64,000 nucleotides of DNA from Trichodelitschia bisporula (taxonomy: Eukaryota), in the NCBI GenBank assembly GCA_010356995.1, contig ML996700.1, positions 620,001 to 684,000 on the forward strand, written 5' to 3'. Positions 1 through 13,750 of this stretch are shown piece after piece. Numbering within the stretch: position 1 is the stretch's first letter; each line of letters opens with the position of its first letter. The notes beneath the pieces are model-generated. The model was given only the letters and a program-made list of their open reading frames with translations. It did not search any database and was not told where the DNA came from. The translations under genes were made by a program, and so were the position numbers.

Positions 1-640
1 CGTTGTGGGGCGATGCCGATGCCGATGCACCACCTGTGCCGCTTGCGGAGACAATAGAGACGACACTCTCCCTACTGGTAGAGCGAATCAGGGCATCCAT
101 AATGACAACCGTCTCAATGGCTTGTGGTGGTGATTATCAGCAGTAGCTAGTCATGATTAAGACGGGAACCTTTTTCTAAAAGGACATTTGCAGACCAGAA
201 GACACGGACAGCTGGACAAGTTCAAATACAGTACGGACAGGCGCATGAGAGAGCCGCGATAGAGTGATACCTGTAGCTGAGATACGGTGCCTCGAACAAA
301 AGGCGAGGTCTAGCTCTTGACACCATATTAAGAGCCGCTTCGAATGGTTGGACATGGCTGGGCATGCTGAATGATGACATGGGAGCGAACTGCTGGGGGT
401 GGTTCCTGTTCCTGTGACCTTGCTGGCCATCCTATCGCAACATGCAGATCGCATGGCTTCTGGCAACGTGCAGTAACAATCCTCCGAAGCTGTTGGAATT
501 GTGGTGGGGCACAGGGAGAGGCTACGAAAGGAACAAGCTATCTTGATAGAGCTCAAGGTTGATTTCAATACCTCCGTACAATTGCCATCTGTTTCTTACC
601 ACATGCCATCGTCACTCGAATTCTTCCCCGCACATGGCCG
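1..640 (-). CDS. possible 5' part of a multi-exon hypothetical gene running off the window start
   Basis: Minus-strand donor-like sites (GTAAGA near 599, GTATCA near 270), a CTGAT branch plus AG near 121, and an open Ser-rich frame (IETVVIMDALIRSTSRESVVSIVSASG...) reaching base 1. No family recognised. Confidence 0.3.
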
Positions 641-844
641 CACATGGCCGCCCGAAAGCGACGGCGAGTCGTTGGCAAATGACGCCTTGTGGCGCAGGCG
701 AGGCATTGCGCCTGCATCTCTTGGCGCCTGGGATGTTGCTTTTTCAGATCGTGGAAGAAAAGTCCGAGCGCCAGAAAAGTATTCATCCTCAGTAGCTCTT
801 GGAACTGTAGCTCTGGGATCAACTCACCTTTGTAAAACCATAAC

Positions 845-3800
845 ATGTCTTCTTCTTCGAGCACCGATGAGCCTGTAGGGATATGCAATCATAGCCCATG
901 TGTCAAACGACGGAAGCAGACCAACCTCAAAGAGGACAGTGCCGTGCGCGCCCTCGCAGCCTCGAATCGCGAGCACCGCAAACGCTCGCGCATCTTCGCA
1001 CCGTTTCGGGTACGGATTTCCTTCAGCTAATTGTGGTAAAATGTGTCTGCTAACACCTCCCTTCTCAGACTGTTGGCCTCGTGTCTCCTACCGAAGTCCC
1101 TTTCACGACCGTACCCCTCGGCAAGACCACCTTCCAAATCACCACGTCCGTAGGTCGCAGCCTGCAGACATACGATCTTCGTCGCGGCCTGAATCTCGTC
1201 TTCGTCACGCGACCGCAAACACCAGAGCTCATCACTGCGACGACATCATGGAAGGGCTGTGTCCTGGCGGCCTGGGGAGGCAAGAAAGGCGATGCGTGCG
1301 GCGTATGGGTGTACAAGCGCGGCCAAAAGGTCGACGAGCTCCAAATGCCCGACGGGTGCGAGCCGGTCAAGCAGCTGCTCACCTTCGGTTCGTGGATTGT
1401 GGGGTGCTGTGAGACACGCATCGAAGTGTGGAGCGCGTCTTCTAATGAGCACTATACCACCCTTTTCCCACGAGGGAATGTGCAGCTCACGGGCGGCATT
1501 ACGAACATGCCGACATACCTTAATAAGATCCTTGTGGGAAGATCAGACGGATGTGTCGACATTTGGAATGTCAACACAGGGAAGCTCATTTACACCATTC
1601 TACCACCCGCCTCCGATTATGGTGCCGTCACAGCGTTACAGCCCTCGCCGGCTCTCTCGCTGTGTGCCATCGCCTACGAAGCCGGCCCGGTCATCATCCA
1701 AGACATTCGCACCGATAAACAGGTCATTTTGCTCAACAACGCCATTGGCCGCACGCCTCCTGTCACGTCCATTTCCTTCCGTACCGACGGACTCGGCGCC
1801 GGCAATGATGGTCGCAAGGACGGTGTCATGGCTACGGCCACGCGCACGAACGGCGACGTCACCTTTTGGGATTTGAACGACGGCGGACGCAGGATGGGCG
1901 TACTGCGCGGCGCTCATAACCCTCCCTCCACCGTGGATGGCCAGCCGGCGGGAGGCGTAAGCAAGATTGAGTTTCTTGCTGGTCAAGGTGTCATCCTGAC
2001 CAGTGGCTTGGACAATGCACTTAAGAGCTGGATCTTTGACGAAGCGCCGTTTTCGCCAGTTCCGCGAATCCTACACTCGCGTAGCGGGCATGCTGCACCC
2101 GTGTCTTGTCTCGAGTTTCTGCCGGCCAACTCTGAGGGTGCAGACTACGACGGCAAATGGCTGCTCAGCGCGAGCAAAGACCGCAGCCTCTGGGGCTGGA
2201 GCTTGCGACGCGATGGACAAAGTACTGAGCTCAGCCAAGGCAATATTCGCAAGAAGGCAAAGAAAATGGGCTTGCTCAACGTCTCGCTGCTTTCGGAGGG
2301 CCGTGGTATCTCAGCGGAGGAGCTCAAGGCTCCACCGATCACGTGCATGGCCTGCTCACTCAACCGTGACGGCGGCATGGGCACGATGCCCGGAAGCAAA
2401 GAGATTTGGATGCCTTCTGGCAGAGGAAAAACTACGCAAAACACTGCGGATAGTAGCATCACGGGCTGGGAGAGTGTTGTTACCGGCCATGAAGGGGACC
2501 GCTTTGCGCGTACCTGGTTTTGGGGCCGCAAGAAAGCTGGTCGCTGGATGCTCGAGACCGGAGATGGAACGATTGTGACTTCTGTTGCTGTTTCTCCATG
2601 CGGTTCCTTTGCCCTCGTTGGCTCGGTCGCTGGTGGCATCGACATGTTCAATCTGCAGTCCGGCATACATCGCCAGCGCTTCCCACCCAAGCTTACGCAA
2701 ACTCAGGCAAAGCGCCTCAAGGCCCAACAGGGTGAACTAAGTGGGTCACCCATCAAGAGCGGGAAGCATACCGCTGCCGTCACCGGTGTTCAGGTCGACA
2801 GCCTTAATCGTACCGTCGTATCGTGCGGTGCCGATGGCAAAGTCAAGTTCTGGAACTTCGCTACAGGAAAGCTTGAGCACGAACTCGAGTGGTCCATTAC
2901 CTCCGTCACTGGCGTACGCTACCATCGACCCAGCGACCTCATGGCCTTTACTTGTGCCGATTCCACGATCCGCATCATCGACATCACGACGCGTCGAGTC
3001 GTGCGTGAACTCCACGGCTCTACTGGTCTAATCGCTGACTTCATCTTCTCTCCCGACGGCCGCTGGCTTCTGGCTGCTGACTCTGCCTCCGTAATGCGCG
3101 TCTGGGACCTGCCGACATCGCATCTCATTGAAGCCCTGCGCTTCCGCTCCCCAGCAACAGCACTAGCCTTCTCTCCTGCAGGCGATTTCCTCGCCACCGC
3201 TCACCCAGACTCGCAGGGCATTTCTCTATGGTCCAACCGCGCGCTCTTTAAACCGCCTCCTACTCGCGCTCTCTCACCCACCGACATCTTCGACGCAGAC
3301 ATCCCTACCGCCTCCGCCGAGGGCGGCGAAACCCTCCTAGAGTCGGCATTCAACGACGAAGCACCGAGCGACATGGACGTTATAGCGCCCCCCATAGACC
3401 AGCTGTCAGACTCACTCTTAACGCTCTCCCTCGTCCCGCGCCCCCGCTGGCAAGCCCTCCAGCACCTGGACGTCGTCCGCGCGCGCAACAAGCCCATCGC
3501 CCCGCCGAAACCGCCCGTCAACGCCCCGTTCTTCCTACCTAGCCTCGGGGACACAAAGCCCGGGGGTAAGGATTGGCTGGTCCAGGCTACGCGGGATGCG
3601 CGGGCGCAGGTTGAGAGCAGGGTTCTTCGGGCGGCGATGAATGTGCGCGCGGATCCGCTGTCGCTGGCTCTCAAGGAGTTTGCGGTGCGGCGCGATTCGG
3701 CGCCCGTGGTAGGGTATCTTGCTTCTTTAGTGCCTGCGGCGGGGGAGCTTGCGATTCGGGGACTGGATGCGCGGGCGCCGTATGCGGAGATGGTGGCTTT

Positions 3801-4026
3801 TATAGAGGCGTTGACGGCAAGGGTGAAGGCGAGGAGGGACTTTGAGGTGTGTCAGGTGTGGTTGGGGGTGTTTTTGAGGTTCCATTCTAGTGTTGTTATT
3901 GAGAGTCGGGAGGTTAGGGGGGCGTTGGAGGGGTGGAAGGGGGTTGTAGATGGGGAGGTCGAGAGGCTTGGGGGGGTTGTGGGTTTTGTGAGGGGGGTTG
4001 GAGGGTGGGTTGCGGGGGTTTTGTAA
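845..4026 (+). CDS. UTP21: U3 snoRNA-associated WD40 protein Utp21 (SSU processome); exons 845-1009 and 1069-4026
   Basis: SRIFAPFR|TVGLVSPT joined across a GTACGG..GCTAAC..CAG intron (1010-1068); multiple WD40 repeats; Utp21 C-terminal motif RNKPIAPPKPPVNAPFFLP. Confidence 0.93.
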
Positions 4027-4644
4027 GGTGCTGGAGCGGTTCGGGGTAGTTCTAGAGCGCGGGATTGGGCGCTGGCTCGTTGTATCGGTCATCGTTGTGA
4101 TGGTTGTTCTCATATCATGGCACATGGAATAGTCCGGCCAGTCGGATGCTAAGCACTGGAAGGTACAAAGATTATCAAACTTGTACAAGCTATAAACGAT
4201 TAAATCTTCTCAACGTTGATGTACCCGTATTTGCTTGGTAGAATTTTTCCCTGGCGACGCTAGTGCCCCAGGTAACCACCGGATACAAAGTTATCTATCA
4301 ACTCGACAACACACTGCCGAACACAGCCTTGCCGATGCTACGCAGCTCCGAGGATGCCAAGACCGAAGGCCGTTCGTGTGGTTCATGGCCTTGGCCTGCA
4401 GCAACGCACGGGCCACCCATGGTCCACTCCACATGACGCCGACCGCACTGGAACTCCAGGTCCATCTGTAGGCGTTATCCATACTCCAACTACATGCTCC
4501 TCGAACTTCTTCGCGTTTAACGTGCTTCCCACTCTCCGCCCTTCTTTTTTCTTGCGCATACATCACTGTACCAGAACATAGAGACGGAGATTTCAACCTT
4601 CTAACTGTCTACCACTTCTTGGGCATCTGCCCTGGCGTTCAGCT

Positions 4645-7600
4645 ATGGCACTCGCCCAGAAGGACGCGCTTGAGCGTGTCTTTCAAGAACTCAAGTCCAA
4701 GTGAGTAGCGACTCGGTAACTATATGACGTGCTAATGTGAATAGGAATGACGATGTGCGAGTGAGGGCCGCAGCCACGCTGCGACAGAACTTGGAAGCTG
4801 CACACCGAGGTGAGCGCTGGCAGAGCTGCGCTGCCTGTAGGACACACTTACAAAAGTGTAGAACTGCCTACCATACAATTCTCAGCTCTCTACGGCGATG
4901 TCATCCAGCGCATCGGCGGACTCATCGTCCAGGGAAGCGACACAAATGACCGTCTCGGTGGTATTCAGGCGCTCAATGCGCTCATCGACTTCAAGGGTGA
5001 CGACGCCGGTCAGAAAACCACGCGGTTTGCCTCATACCTTCGCTCTGTCCTCCGTGGATACGATACCTCGGCCATGATCGCTGCGGCGCGCGTCCTCGGC
5101 AAGCTCGCTTTGCCGGGAGGGACGCTGACAGCGGAACTGGTTGAAGCTGAAGTCAAGTCAGCACTCGAAAACATTCAGAACGACCGGCAGGAAAACCGTC
5201 GCTTTGCCGCCGTTCTTACACTTCGCGAGCTCGCTCGGAGCTCCCCCACACTTCTCTTCTCCTGGGTGCCGCAAATCCTCGAAGTCATCTGGGTTGTTTT
5301 GCGTGATCCGAAAGTCATAATCCGCGAGTCGGCGGCCGAGGCCGTGAGCGCCTGCTTCGAGATCATGGTTGCTCGTGACTCGGATGTGCGACAGAAGTGG
5401 TTCACCCGCGTCTATGACGAAGTCCTCACAGGGTTCAAGACGGGCAGCCCAGAGGCCGTTCACGGCTCGCTGCTCACTCTGAAAGAGCTTCTGAAGGAGG
5501 GCGCCATGTTCATGAGCGGACCGCGGTATCGCGAAGCTTGCGAGCTCGTCATGCGATACAAGGACCATAAGGATGCGCTAATTCGGCGGGAAGTCATCGC
5601 TCTCATCCCCGCTCTGGCCGCATACGCTCCACCTGAGTTCACGAGCGGCTACCTTCACCAGTCGATGATGCATCTACAAGGTCTTATCAAGCGGGACAAG
5701 GATCGCAGTGCCGCATTTGTCGCAGTTGGCAAGGTCGCCAGCGCGGTGGGTAGCTCCATCGCCCCATACCTCGAGAGCATCCTCGGCTACATCAAGGAGG
5801 GGCTCACGGCAAAGACCCGCAACCGGAACGTCAACGAAGCGCCGATCTTCAAATGTCTCAGCATGATCTCGATTGCGGTTGGTCAGGCTCTGAGCAAGCA
5901 CATGCTGTCGTTGCTCGGCCCGGTCTTTGCGTGTGGCCTGAGCGAGTCACTCACCCAGGCTTTGGTTGACATGGCTCACTACATCCCGCCTGCAAAGTCT
6001 ATCATCCAGGAAAATTTGCTAGATTTACTCAGTCAAGTTCTCAGTGGGCGCCCGTTCATGCCGCTCGGGAGCCCGTACCATACCGCTTCCCTGCCACAGA
6101 TTTGGACGCGGGACCACAAAGACCCGCAGACCATTGAGCACAGCGAGGCGGAAATTGCGCTGGCGCTGAACACGCTTGGGACCTTCGACTTTACTGGCCA
6201 TGTCTTGAACGAGTTCGTGCGCGATGTCGCTATCCGCTATGTTGACGCAGACAACCCGGAAATCCGCAAGGCCGCGGCACTCACGTGCTGCCAGCTCTTT
6301 GCGCACGACCCGATTGTGTTCCAGACTAGCCACCACGCGATCCAAGTGGTAGGCGATGTCATTGAGAAGCTGCTCACCGTGGGTGTGGCGGACCCTGAGC
6401 CGGATATCCGCCGCACCGTGCTCCTGTCTCTGGACGCTCGATTTGACCGTCACCTGGGAAAAGCCGAGAACGTGCGGACGCTGTTTCTTTGTCTGAACGA
6501 TGAGGTTTTCGCCATTCGGGAGGCCGCTATAACCATCATTGGCCGGCTCACCACTGTCAACCCGGCATACGTCTTCCCTTCGCTTCGCAAGGTCCTCATT
6601 CAGCTCCTTACTGATATCGAGTACTCGAACAGCGCCCGCAACAAGGAGGAAAGCGCTCGGTTGATCAGCCACCTCACCGAAGCGTCCTCTACCCTCATCA
6701 AGCCTTACGTTCAACCGATGATCAAGGTTCTCCTTCCCAAGGCCCGGGACCCGAATCCTGAGGTCGCCTCCACCACGCTGCAGGCCATTGGACACCTTGC
6801 CAATGTCGGTGGCGAAGAGATGAAGGAATTCATTCCGATGCTCATGACCATCCTGATTGAGAACTTGCAAGACCTCAGTTCAGATTCCAAGCGCACAGCC
6901 GCTTTGCACGCGCTTGGTCAGTTGGCGCTCAGCTGCAGTTATGTCATCGAGCCGTACAAGCAGTACCCCGATCTCTTGATCATCCTGAAGAACATTGTCA
7001 AGAATGAGCCGGCTGGGTTGCTTCGCCGCGAGGCGGTTCGGCTCATCGGTATCCTCGGTGCGCTGGATCCGGATGAGCAGGAGAAGCTGGTCGAACAGTC
7101 GCCTGAAAACAACCTCGTGGTTGAAGCCCAGGCTGTCACCGATGTGTCGTTAATCATGAATGGCATCACTCCGTCCCTCGAGGAGTATTATCCCACGGTC
7201 GTCATCAACACATTGATGGGATTACTCCGCGATCCTTCTCTCACCCAATACCACACGCAGGTCATCGAAGCGGTGATGAACATCTACCAGACCATGGGCC
7301 TGAAGTGCGTGCCCTTCCTGGGCCAAGTCGTCACCGGCTTCATGTCCGTCATCCGTGCCGCCGGTGTCGGTGCGGCAGAGGGTTACTTTAACCATCTCAG
7401 CCAGCTGGTGCGCATTGTCCGGCAACACATCCGGCCATTCCTCCAACAGATCCTCGATACCGTTCAGGAATTCTGGAGCGCTGCTCCTCAACTTCAAGCC
7501 ACGATCTTGTCGCTCATCGAAGCTATCGCGCGCTCTCTCGAGGGAGAGTTCAAAATCTATCTCGCCAATGTACTACCGTTGATGCTTGGTGTTCTCGACC

Positions 7601-10600
7601 AGGACGTGTCCCCAAAGCGGCTTCCCTCACAGCGCGTGTTACACGCTTTCTTGATCTTTGGATCCAGTGCTGAGGAGTACATGCACCTCATCATCCCGGT
7701 CATCGTGCGCATGTTCGACAAGCCGGGTCAGCCAGCGCACATTCGCAAGCAGGCTATTGAGACTCTTGGTCGGTTGTCACGGCAAGTTAACATTACCGAG
7801 TTCTCTGCGAAGATCATTCATCCTCTGGCTCGTGTGCTGGCTGGATCTGACAGCAGCCTCAAGCAGACGGCGCTTGATACTCTGTGCGCCATGATCTTCC
7901 AGCTGGGGCCGGACTACATCCACTTCATTCCGACTATCAACAAGATTTTGACTACGCACAAAGTTCCCCACACCAACTACACCCTCATTGTGTCGAAGCT
8001 TCAGAAGGGCGAGCCTCTGCCGCAGGATCTCAGCCCGGATGAGCGTTATGGTGACGACGAGGACGACCACATCATTGCCGATTTGCCGCCCAAGAAGCTC
8101 GCTGTGAACCAGCAGCATCTTAAGAATGCTTGGGAAGCCTCGCAGAAGTCGACCCGCGAGGACTGGATCGAATGGATGAGGCGATTTAGCGTCGAGCTTC
8201 TGCGTGAGTCGCCTCAGCAGGCTCTGCGTGCTTGCACCACGCTCGCTAGCGTGTACAACCCGATTGCACGGAGCTTGTTCAACTCAGCGTTCGTTTCTTG
8301 CTGGACCGAGCTGTACGACCAGTACCAGGAGGAGCTGGTGCATTCCATCGAGACGGCACTTACCTCGCAGGATATCCCGCCGGAGATCTTGCAGATGCTG
8401 CTCAACCTAGCCGAGTTCATGGAGCACGACGATAAGGCGCTGCCTATCGATGTGCGCGTTCTCGGCATGTACGCGGCCAAGTGTCATGCTTTTGCTAAGG
8501 CGCTACATTACAAGGAGCTTGAGTTCAACGCTGAGCAGAATCCCAGCGCTGTTGAGGCGCTCATTAGCATCAACAACCAGCTTCAGCAGTATGATGCGGC
8601 GTTTGGCATCCTGCGCAAGGCCCAGAACTACCACGATGTTGAGCTCAAGGAGACCTGGTACGAGAAGCTGTTCCGCTGGGAAGAAGCGTTGCAATCTTAT
8701 CAGCGTCGCGAGAAGGAAGATGGAGAGGCCTTCGAGACTACTATGGGCAAGATGCGCTGCCTGCACGCTTTAGGCGAGTGGGAGACTCTTTCGACCCTTG
8801 CACAGGACAAGTGGATCCACGCTAGCAGCGACATGCGCAAGGTGATTGCACCCCTTGCTGCTGCGGCTGCCTGGGGCCTAGGCCAGTGGGAGCTGATGGA
8901 CAACTACCTCGGCGTCATGAAGTCCAGCTCGCCGGATCGGTCGTTCTTTGGTGCCATTCTCTCCATCCACCGCAATCAGTTCGAGGACGCGCACATCCAT
9001 ATCGATAAGGCGCGTGGTCTGCTTGAGCAAGAGCTCAGCGCACTTCTGGGCGAGTCCTATGACCGGGCCTATCTTCAGATTCTTCGCGTGCAGATGCTTG
9101 CCGAACTCGAGGAAATCATGGTCTATAAGCAAAATACCAACAATCCCGAGAAGCTGGCCATTATGCGCGAGACCTGGATGAAGCGCCTCAGGGGCTGCCA
9201 GGCGAATCCGGAAGTGTGGCAGCGCATGCTCAAGGTGCGCGCGCTGGTCATCTCGCCCAAGGACAACCAGCAGATGTTCATCAAATTCACGAATCTCTGC
9301 CGCAAGAACCAGCGCATGGGCCTGGCCGAGAAGTCTTTGGCCGGGCTGTTGGACACCAACGACAAGGTTTCGGACGTAATCCAGCGGGAGAATCTCAACA
9401 TTCCCTACCCTGTTGCCTACACGACGTTCAAGTTCATGTGGGCGAACAACGAGCGTGGCCTTGCGCTTGAAACACTCAAGTCCTTCAGTAGCCGTGTTGC
9501 GGATGAGCTGCACGCTCGCGCCCGCGAGATCAACATGCACGCCACTGGCTCGGCCTCTGGTATCAACGGTGCCAATACGGCCATGTCGCTCGGCGCGAAT
9601 AACGTCGCCCAAGCCCAAGCGCAGAAGGAGCTTACGGCGGACTACAAGCTGCTGGCGAAATGCTATCTCAAGCAAGGCGAGTGGCAGACTGTTATGATCG
9701 GCGGCGACTGGCACAGCGAGTATGCGCACGAGATCCTGGCTTCGTTCAATGCTGCTACGCGCTACAATACCAACTGGTACAAGGCGTGGCATGCGTGGGC
9801 GCTGGCCAACTTTCAGGTTGTCACGTCTTACAGCAATCAGGGCGATCGCGAGAGTGTGGAGATTCCGATGTCTGTCATCTCGGGCCATGTTGTTCCAGCA
9901 GTTGAGGGCTTCTTCAAGTCTATTTCGCTGTCGTCGACTAGCTCGCTGCAGGATACGCTGCGGCTTTTGACGTTGTGGTTCGCGCATGGCCACTACCCCG
10001 AAGTCAATTCCGCTGTCACTGAGGGCATAGGTACCGTTAGCGTCGACACCTGGCTCGAGGTTATCCCGCAGCTCCTTGCGCGTATCAACCAGCCTAACAC
10101 GCGGGTCCGTAACTCCATCCATAAGCTCATCAACGAAGTGGGCAAGGCGCACCCGCAAGCCATGGTGTTCCCGCTCACCGTTTCGATGAAGTCCGATCAG
10201 TCGTCTCGGCGCTCCCGTCACGCGCGCGAGCTCATGGATGCCATGCGCCAGCACTCGCCGAACCTAGTGGATCAGGCCGACATCGTCAGCCACGAGCTCA
10301 TCCGCATTGCCGTATTGTGGCATGAGCAGTGGCATGAGGGCCTGGAGGAGGCGAGCCGGCTGTACTTCGGCGATCACAACATCGACGGCATGTTTCAGAC
10401 GCTTGCTCCGTTGCACGCGATGCTGGATAAGGGTCCCGAGACGTTGCGCGAAATCTCCTTTATCCAGTCCTTTGGCCGCGAGCTCCAGGAGGCGCGGGAC
10501 TGGTGCCAGACGTACAAGACGTCGCAGGAGATTGGCGATTTGAACCAGGCTTGGGATCTGTATTACCAGGTCTTCCGCAAGATTCAGCGCCAGCTGCCGT

Positions 10601-11985
10601 CGCTTATGACGCTTGAGCTGCAGTATGTGTCGCCTAAACTTAAGTCGGTGCTGGATCTTGATCTTGCCGCTCCGGGTACGTATGAGAGCGGTAAGCCTGT
10701 TGTTCGCATTGTGTCGTTTGACCCGGTTGCGTCGGTCATTCAGTCCAAGCAGCGTCCGCGCAAACTGGTTCTCAAGGGTAGCGACGGAATTAACTACCAG
10801 TATCTGCTCAAGGGGCATGAGGACATCCGCCAAGACGAGCGCGTGATGCAGCTCTTTGGACTGTGCAACACCCTGCTGAACAACGACATTGAGTGCCGCA
10901 AACGCCACCTCAACATCCAGCGCTACTCTGCCATTCCGCTGTCGACACAGTCCGGCCTTCTGCGATGGATTCCCAACAGTGACACCCTGCACATACTGAT
11001 CCGCGAATACCGCGACAGCCGCAAAATTCTGCTCAATATTGAGCACCGCATCATGCTGCAGATGGCGCCAGACTACGACTCTCTGACGCTGATGCAAAAG
11101 GTTGAAGTATTCGGCTATGCGCTCGACAACACCACCGGCCAAGATCTATACCGTGTGCTCTGGCTCAAGAGCAAGAGCTCGGAGGCCTGGCTCGGCCGGC
11201 GCACCAACTACACGCGCTCACTCGCCGTCATGTCGATGGTCGGCTACATCCTGGGCCTAGGCGATCGCCACCCGTCGAATCTAATGCTTGACCGCATCAC
11301 GGGCAAAATTATCCACATCGACTTCGGCGACTGCTTCGAAGTCGCCATGCACCGGGAGAAATACCCAGAGCGCGTGCCCTTCCGCCTCACGCGCATGCTA
11401 ACCTACGCCATGGAGGTCAGCAACATTGAAGGGTCCTACCGCACGACGTGTGAGCACGTCATGCGTGTCCTGAGGCAGAACAAGGAAAGTGTCATGGCAG
11501 TCCTCGAAGCTGTAAGCATAGCCCCCTTCTTTCTTAATTGGCCCGTGCCTGACAAGCGCTCTCCTTCGGGAGACGAGCAGTTCATTCACGACCCTCTCTT
11601 AACTTGGCGTCTCAACGCGCGGGAATCGCCCCCTGAACCGACGTTCCAGTCCGAGCGGAGGAACAGCATTATGGCCGGCATACAAGAGCGCCCTGGTGCG
11701 GCGGCGCTCGCGGACGGTGGGCGGCCTGATACCTTCCGGCCGCGCAATCGCAGCAGTGCGTTTGCGAGCAGTGCGGCGCGTGCGGCGGAGGACCCGGAGG
11801 CGAAGGAGGTGCAGAATGCGCGGGCTATTCAGGTGCTCGCGCGGGTGAAGGACAAGCTTTCCGGGCGCGACTTCAAGGGGCATGAGGACTTGCGCGTGGA
11901 TATGCAGGTCGACAAGCTGATTCGAGAGGCGACGAATCTCGAGAATTTGTGCCAGCATTATATTGGCTGGTGTAGCTTCTGGTAG
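4645..11985 (+). CDS. TOR: TOR serine/threonine kinase (HEAT, FAT, FRB, PI3K-like kinase, FATC); introns 4701-4744, 4810-4861, 11512-11580
   Basis: FRB motif LWHEQWHEGLEEASRLYF; kinase motifs LLKGHEDIRQDER, GLGDRHPSN, HIDFGD; FATC end LCQHYIGWCSFW*. Start MALAQKDALERVFQELKSK at 4645 restored by two short GT-AG introns. Confidence 0.97.
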
Positions 11986-12281
11986 GGAGCTGGGGAGTGT
12001 GGGTGGGGTGGGGCGTTGTGCGGGGGTATATGCGGTGTTATGGGCGTACGGGGGCTACCTTGTCGGGATGGGTATAGGGGGCATAGGTTATGATCTTCGA
12101 CAGCGGTAGGTGTTGGGATCTGGTTTGCTTCGGGTATCGATCGGTTGCGGGCGGGTTGCTAGATGGACCGTATAGGCCCGGGTATGACATGTGTGCTCTG
12201 CGGTTCGAATGGTGATGCATAGAAAGTGACTCCTTCGTCTAATTCTAACTTTTCCCCGCCAATCTCCCAAACACATCAAGT

Positions 12282-13447
12282 CTAATGCAACGCCCTCAGT
12301 ATCCTGAGCACATCCGCCGTAACCCCCATAGCCGTAACTTCCGCCCCCGCCCCCGCACCCTGGATAATCAACGGATTCGCCCCATACCGCTCTGTATAAA
12401 TGCTAACAATATTATCACTTCCCTTCAGCGCCGCGATCGGATGATCCACCTTGAAAATCTCAAGCAGACACCGCACTTCGCCCTTCGCCACATCGATCTT
12501 GCCCACGTACCGCACCACCCCGCCCATGGCTTTCGCTGTCGTCTCGTACGCCTTCATCTTGCCATCGTATTCTGGGAGTCGGGCCAGGAACTCGTCTGCC
12601 GATCCTGCGGACTCCAGTTCTTTGGGAATGAGAGACTGGACTTCGAATGAAGTCGGCGACTCGACGTCCACGCCCACCAGCCGGGCTAGGATCGTAAGCT
12701 TGCGCGCTACATCGAGGCCGTTCAAATCGTCCCGCGGATCGGGCTCCGTGTACCCCTTCTCCTTGGCCTCGCGCACAGCGGCGGAAAACGGCACGCCCGT
12801 CCCCGCCCCTGGGACGGGCTGGAAGGAGTTGAACAGGAAGGACATGGTCCCACTGAACACGCCTTCGATTTTGGTAACGCGGTCGCCAGTGTCGACGAGG
12901 TCGTGGATTGTGGTTAGGATGGGCAGGCCGGCGCCGACGGAGGATTCGTGGTAGATGTACCCCCCGCCTGTGTGGCCGTTGTTGGCAGAGGCGGATTGGA
13001 TGGCGTTCCAGGTTGTGCGGGCGGAAAAGGCCTTTTTGCTGGCTGTGGCAATGTGGATTCCTTTTTGTAGGATGAGCGGGTAGGTATCCGCTAGTTCTTG
13101 GGAGCTGGTGTTATCGACTAGGATTATGGGGTCTTTGGATTTGGAGAGAAGGGACGCGAGGTCGGAGGGGGAGGGCGTGGGAGTGGTGCTGGAGGAGAGG
13201 GTGGACGTCCAGTTGGTAAAGCTGAGGGGGGTGAAGTCGTTGAAGAGCATTTTTGTGCTCCGGGCTAGGAGTACGAGGTTGAGGGATGTGGGTGAAGGGG
13301 CGCTGGCGAGACGCTTTGAGAGGGTTTCGAGCTGGGAGATGAAGGCTGTGCCGACGCCGCCGGTGCCTGTGGGGTGTTAGATATTTCGAAGTGAAGTCGA
13401 GGAGGGGACCAACCGATGACGGCGATGTTGACCTGGCGGGGAGGCAT
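12282..13447 (-). CDS. HOM6: homoserine dehydrogenase; intron 13367-13413
   Basis: Spliced N-terminus VNIAVIG|TGGVG (Rossmann fold); motifs ESSVGAGLP, EGVFSGTMS, GYTEPDPRDDLNGLDVARKL, GAGAGAEVTA. Confidence 0.95.
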
Positions 13448-13750
13448 TTTGATAGCGAAAGGAGCGGTGCTGGTGCTGAAGTGGGTAATGGGCTGGAGAA
13501 GGGGAATTGGCGATCGGGATGCAAGGGAGACGTTTTATGTATCACGACATTCGCGAAAGCTTTTCACCGCGAGCTTCCCCGCTCCGATCCCGAGACACCC
13601 CGCAATTGATGTGCGCCATAGCGTGCTGTGGCGCCGGTGGCGCGGCGGTACGGCAAGCCACACCCGCAACGACATCACCACTTCTCAACCTCATCAACTT
13701 CATGGACTTCACCAGCGCACCCGCACCCACGCCTCTCTCACATCAACACC

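Noticed and set aside
8878..11142. Long antisense ORFs (458 and 292 aa) opposite TOR, and similar ones opposite DBP2 and the giant ORF
   Set aside because: Shadow ORFs expected from GC-rich codon bias; no recognisable motifs.
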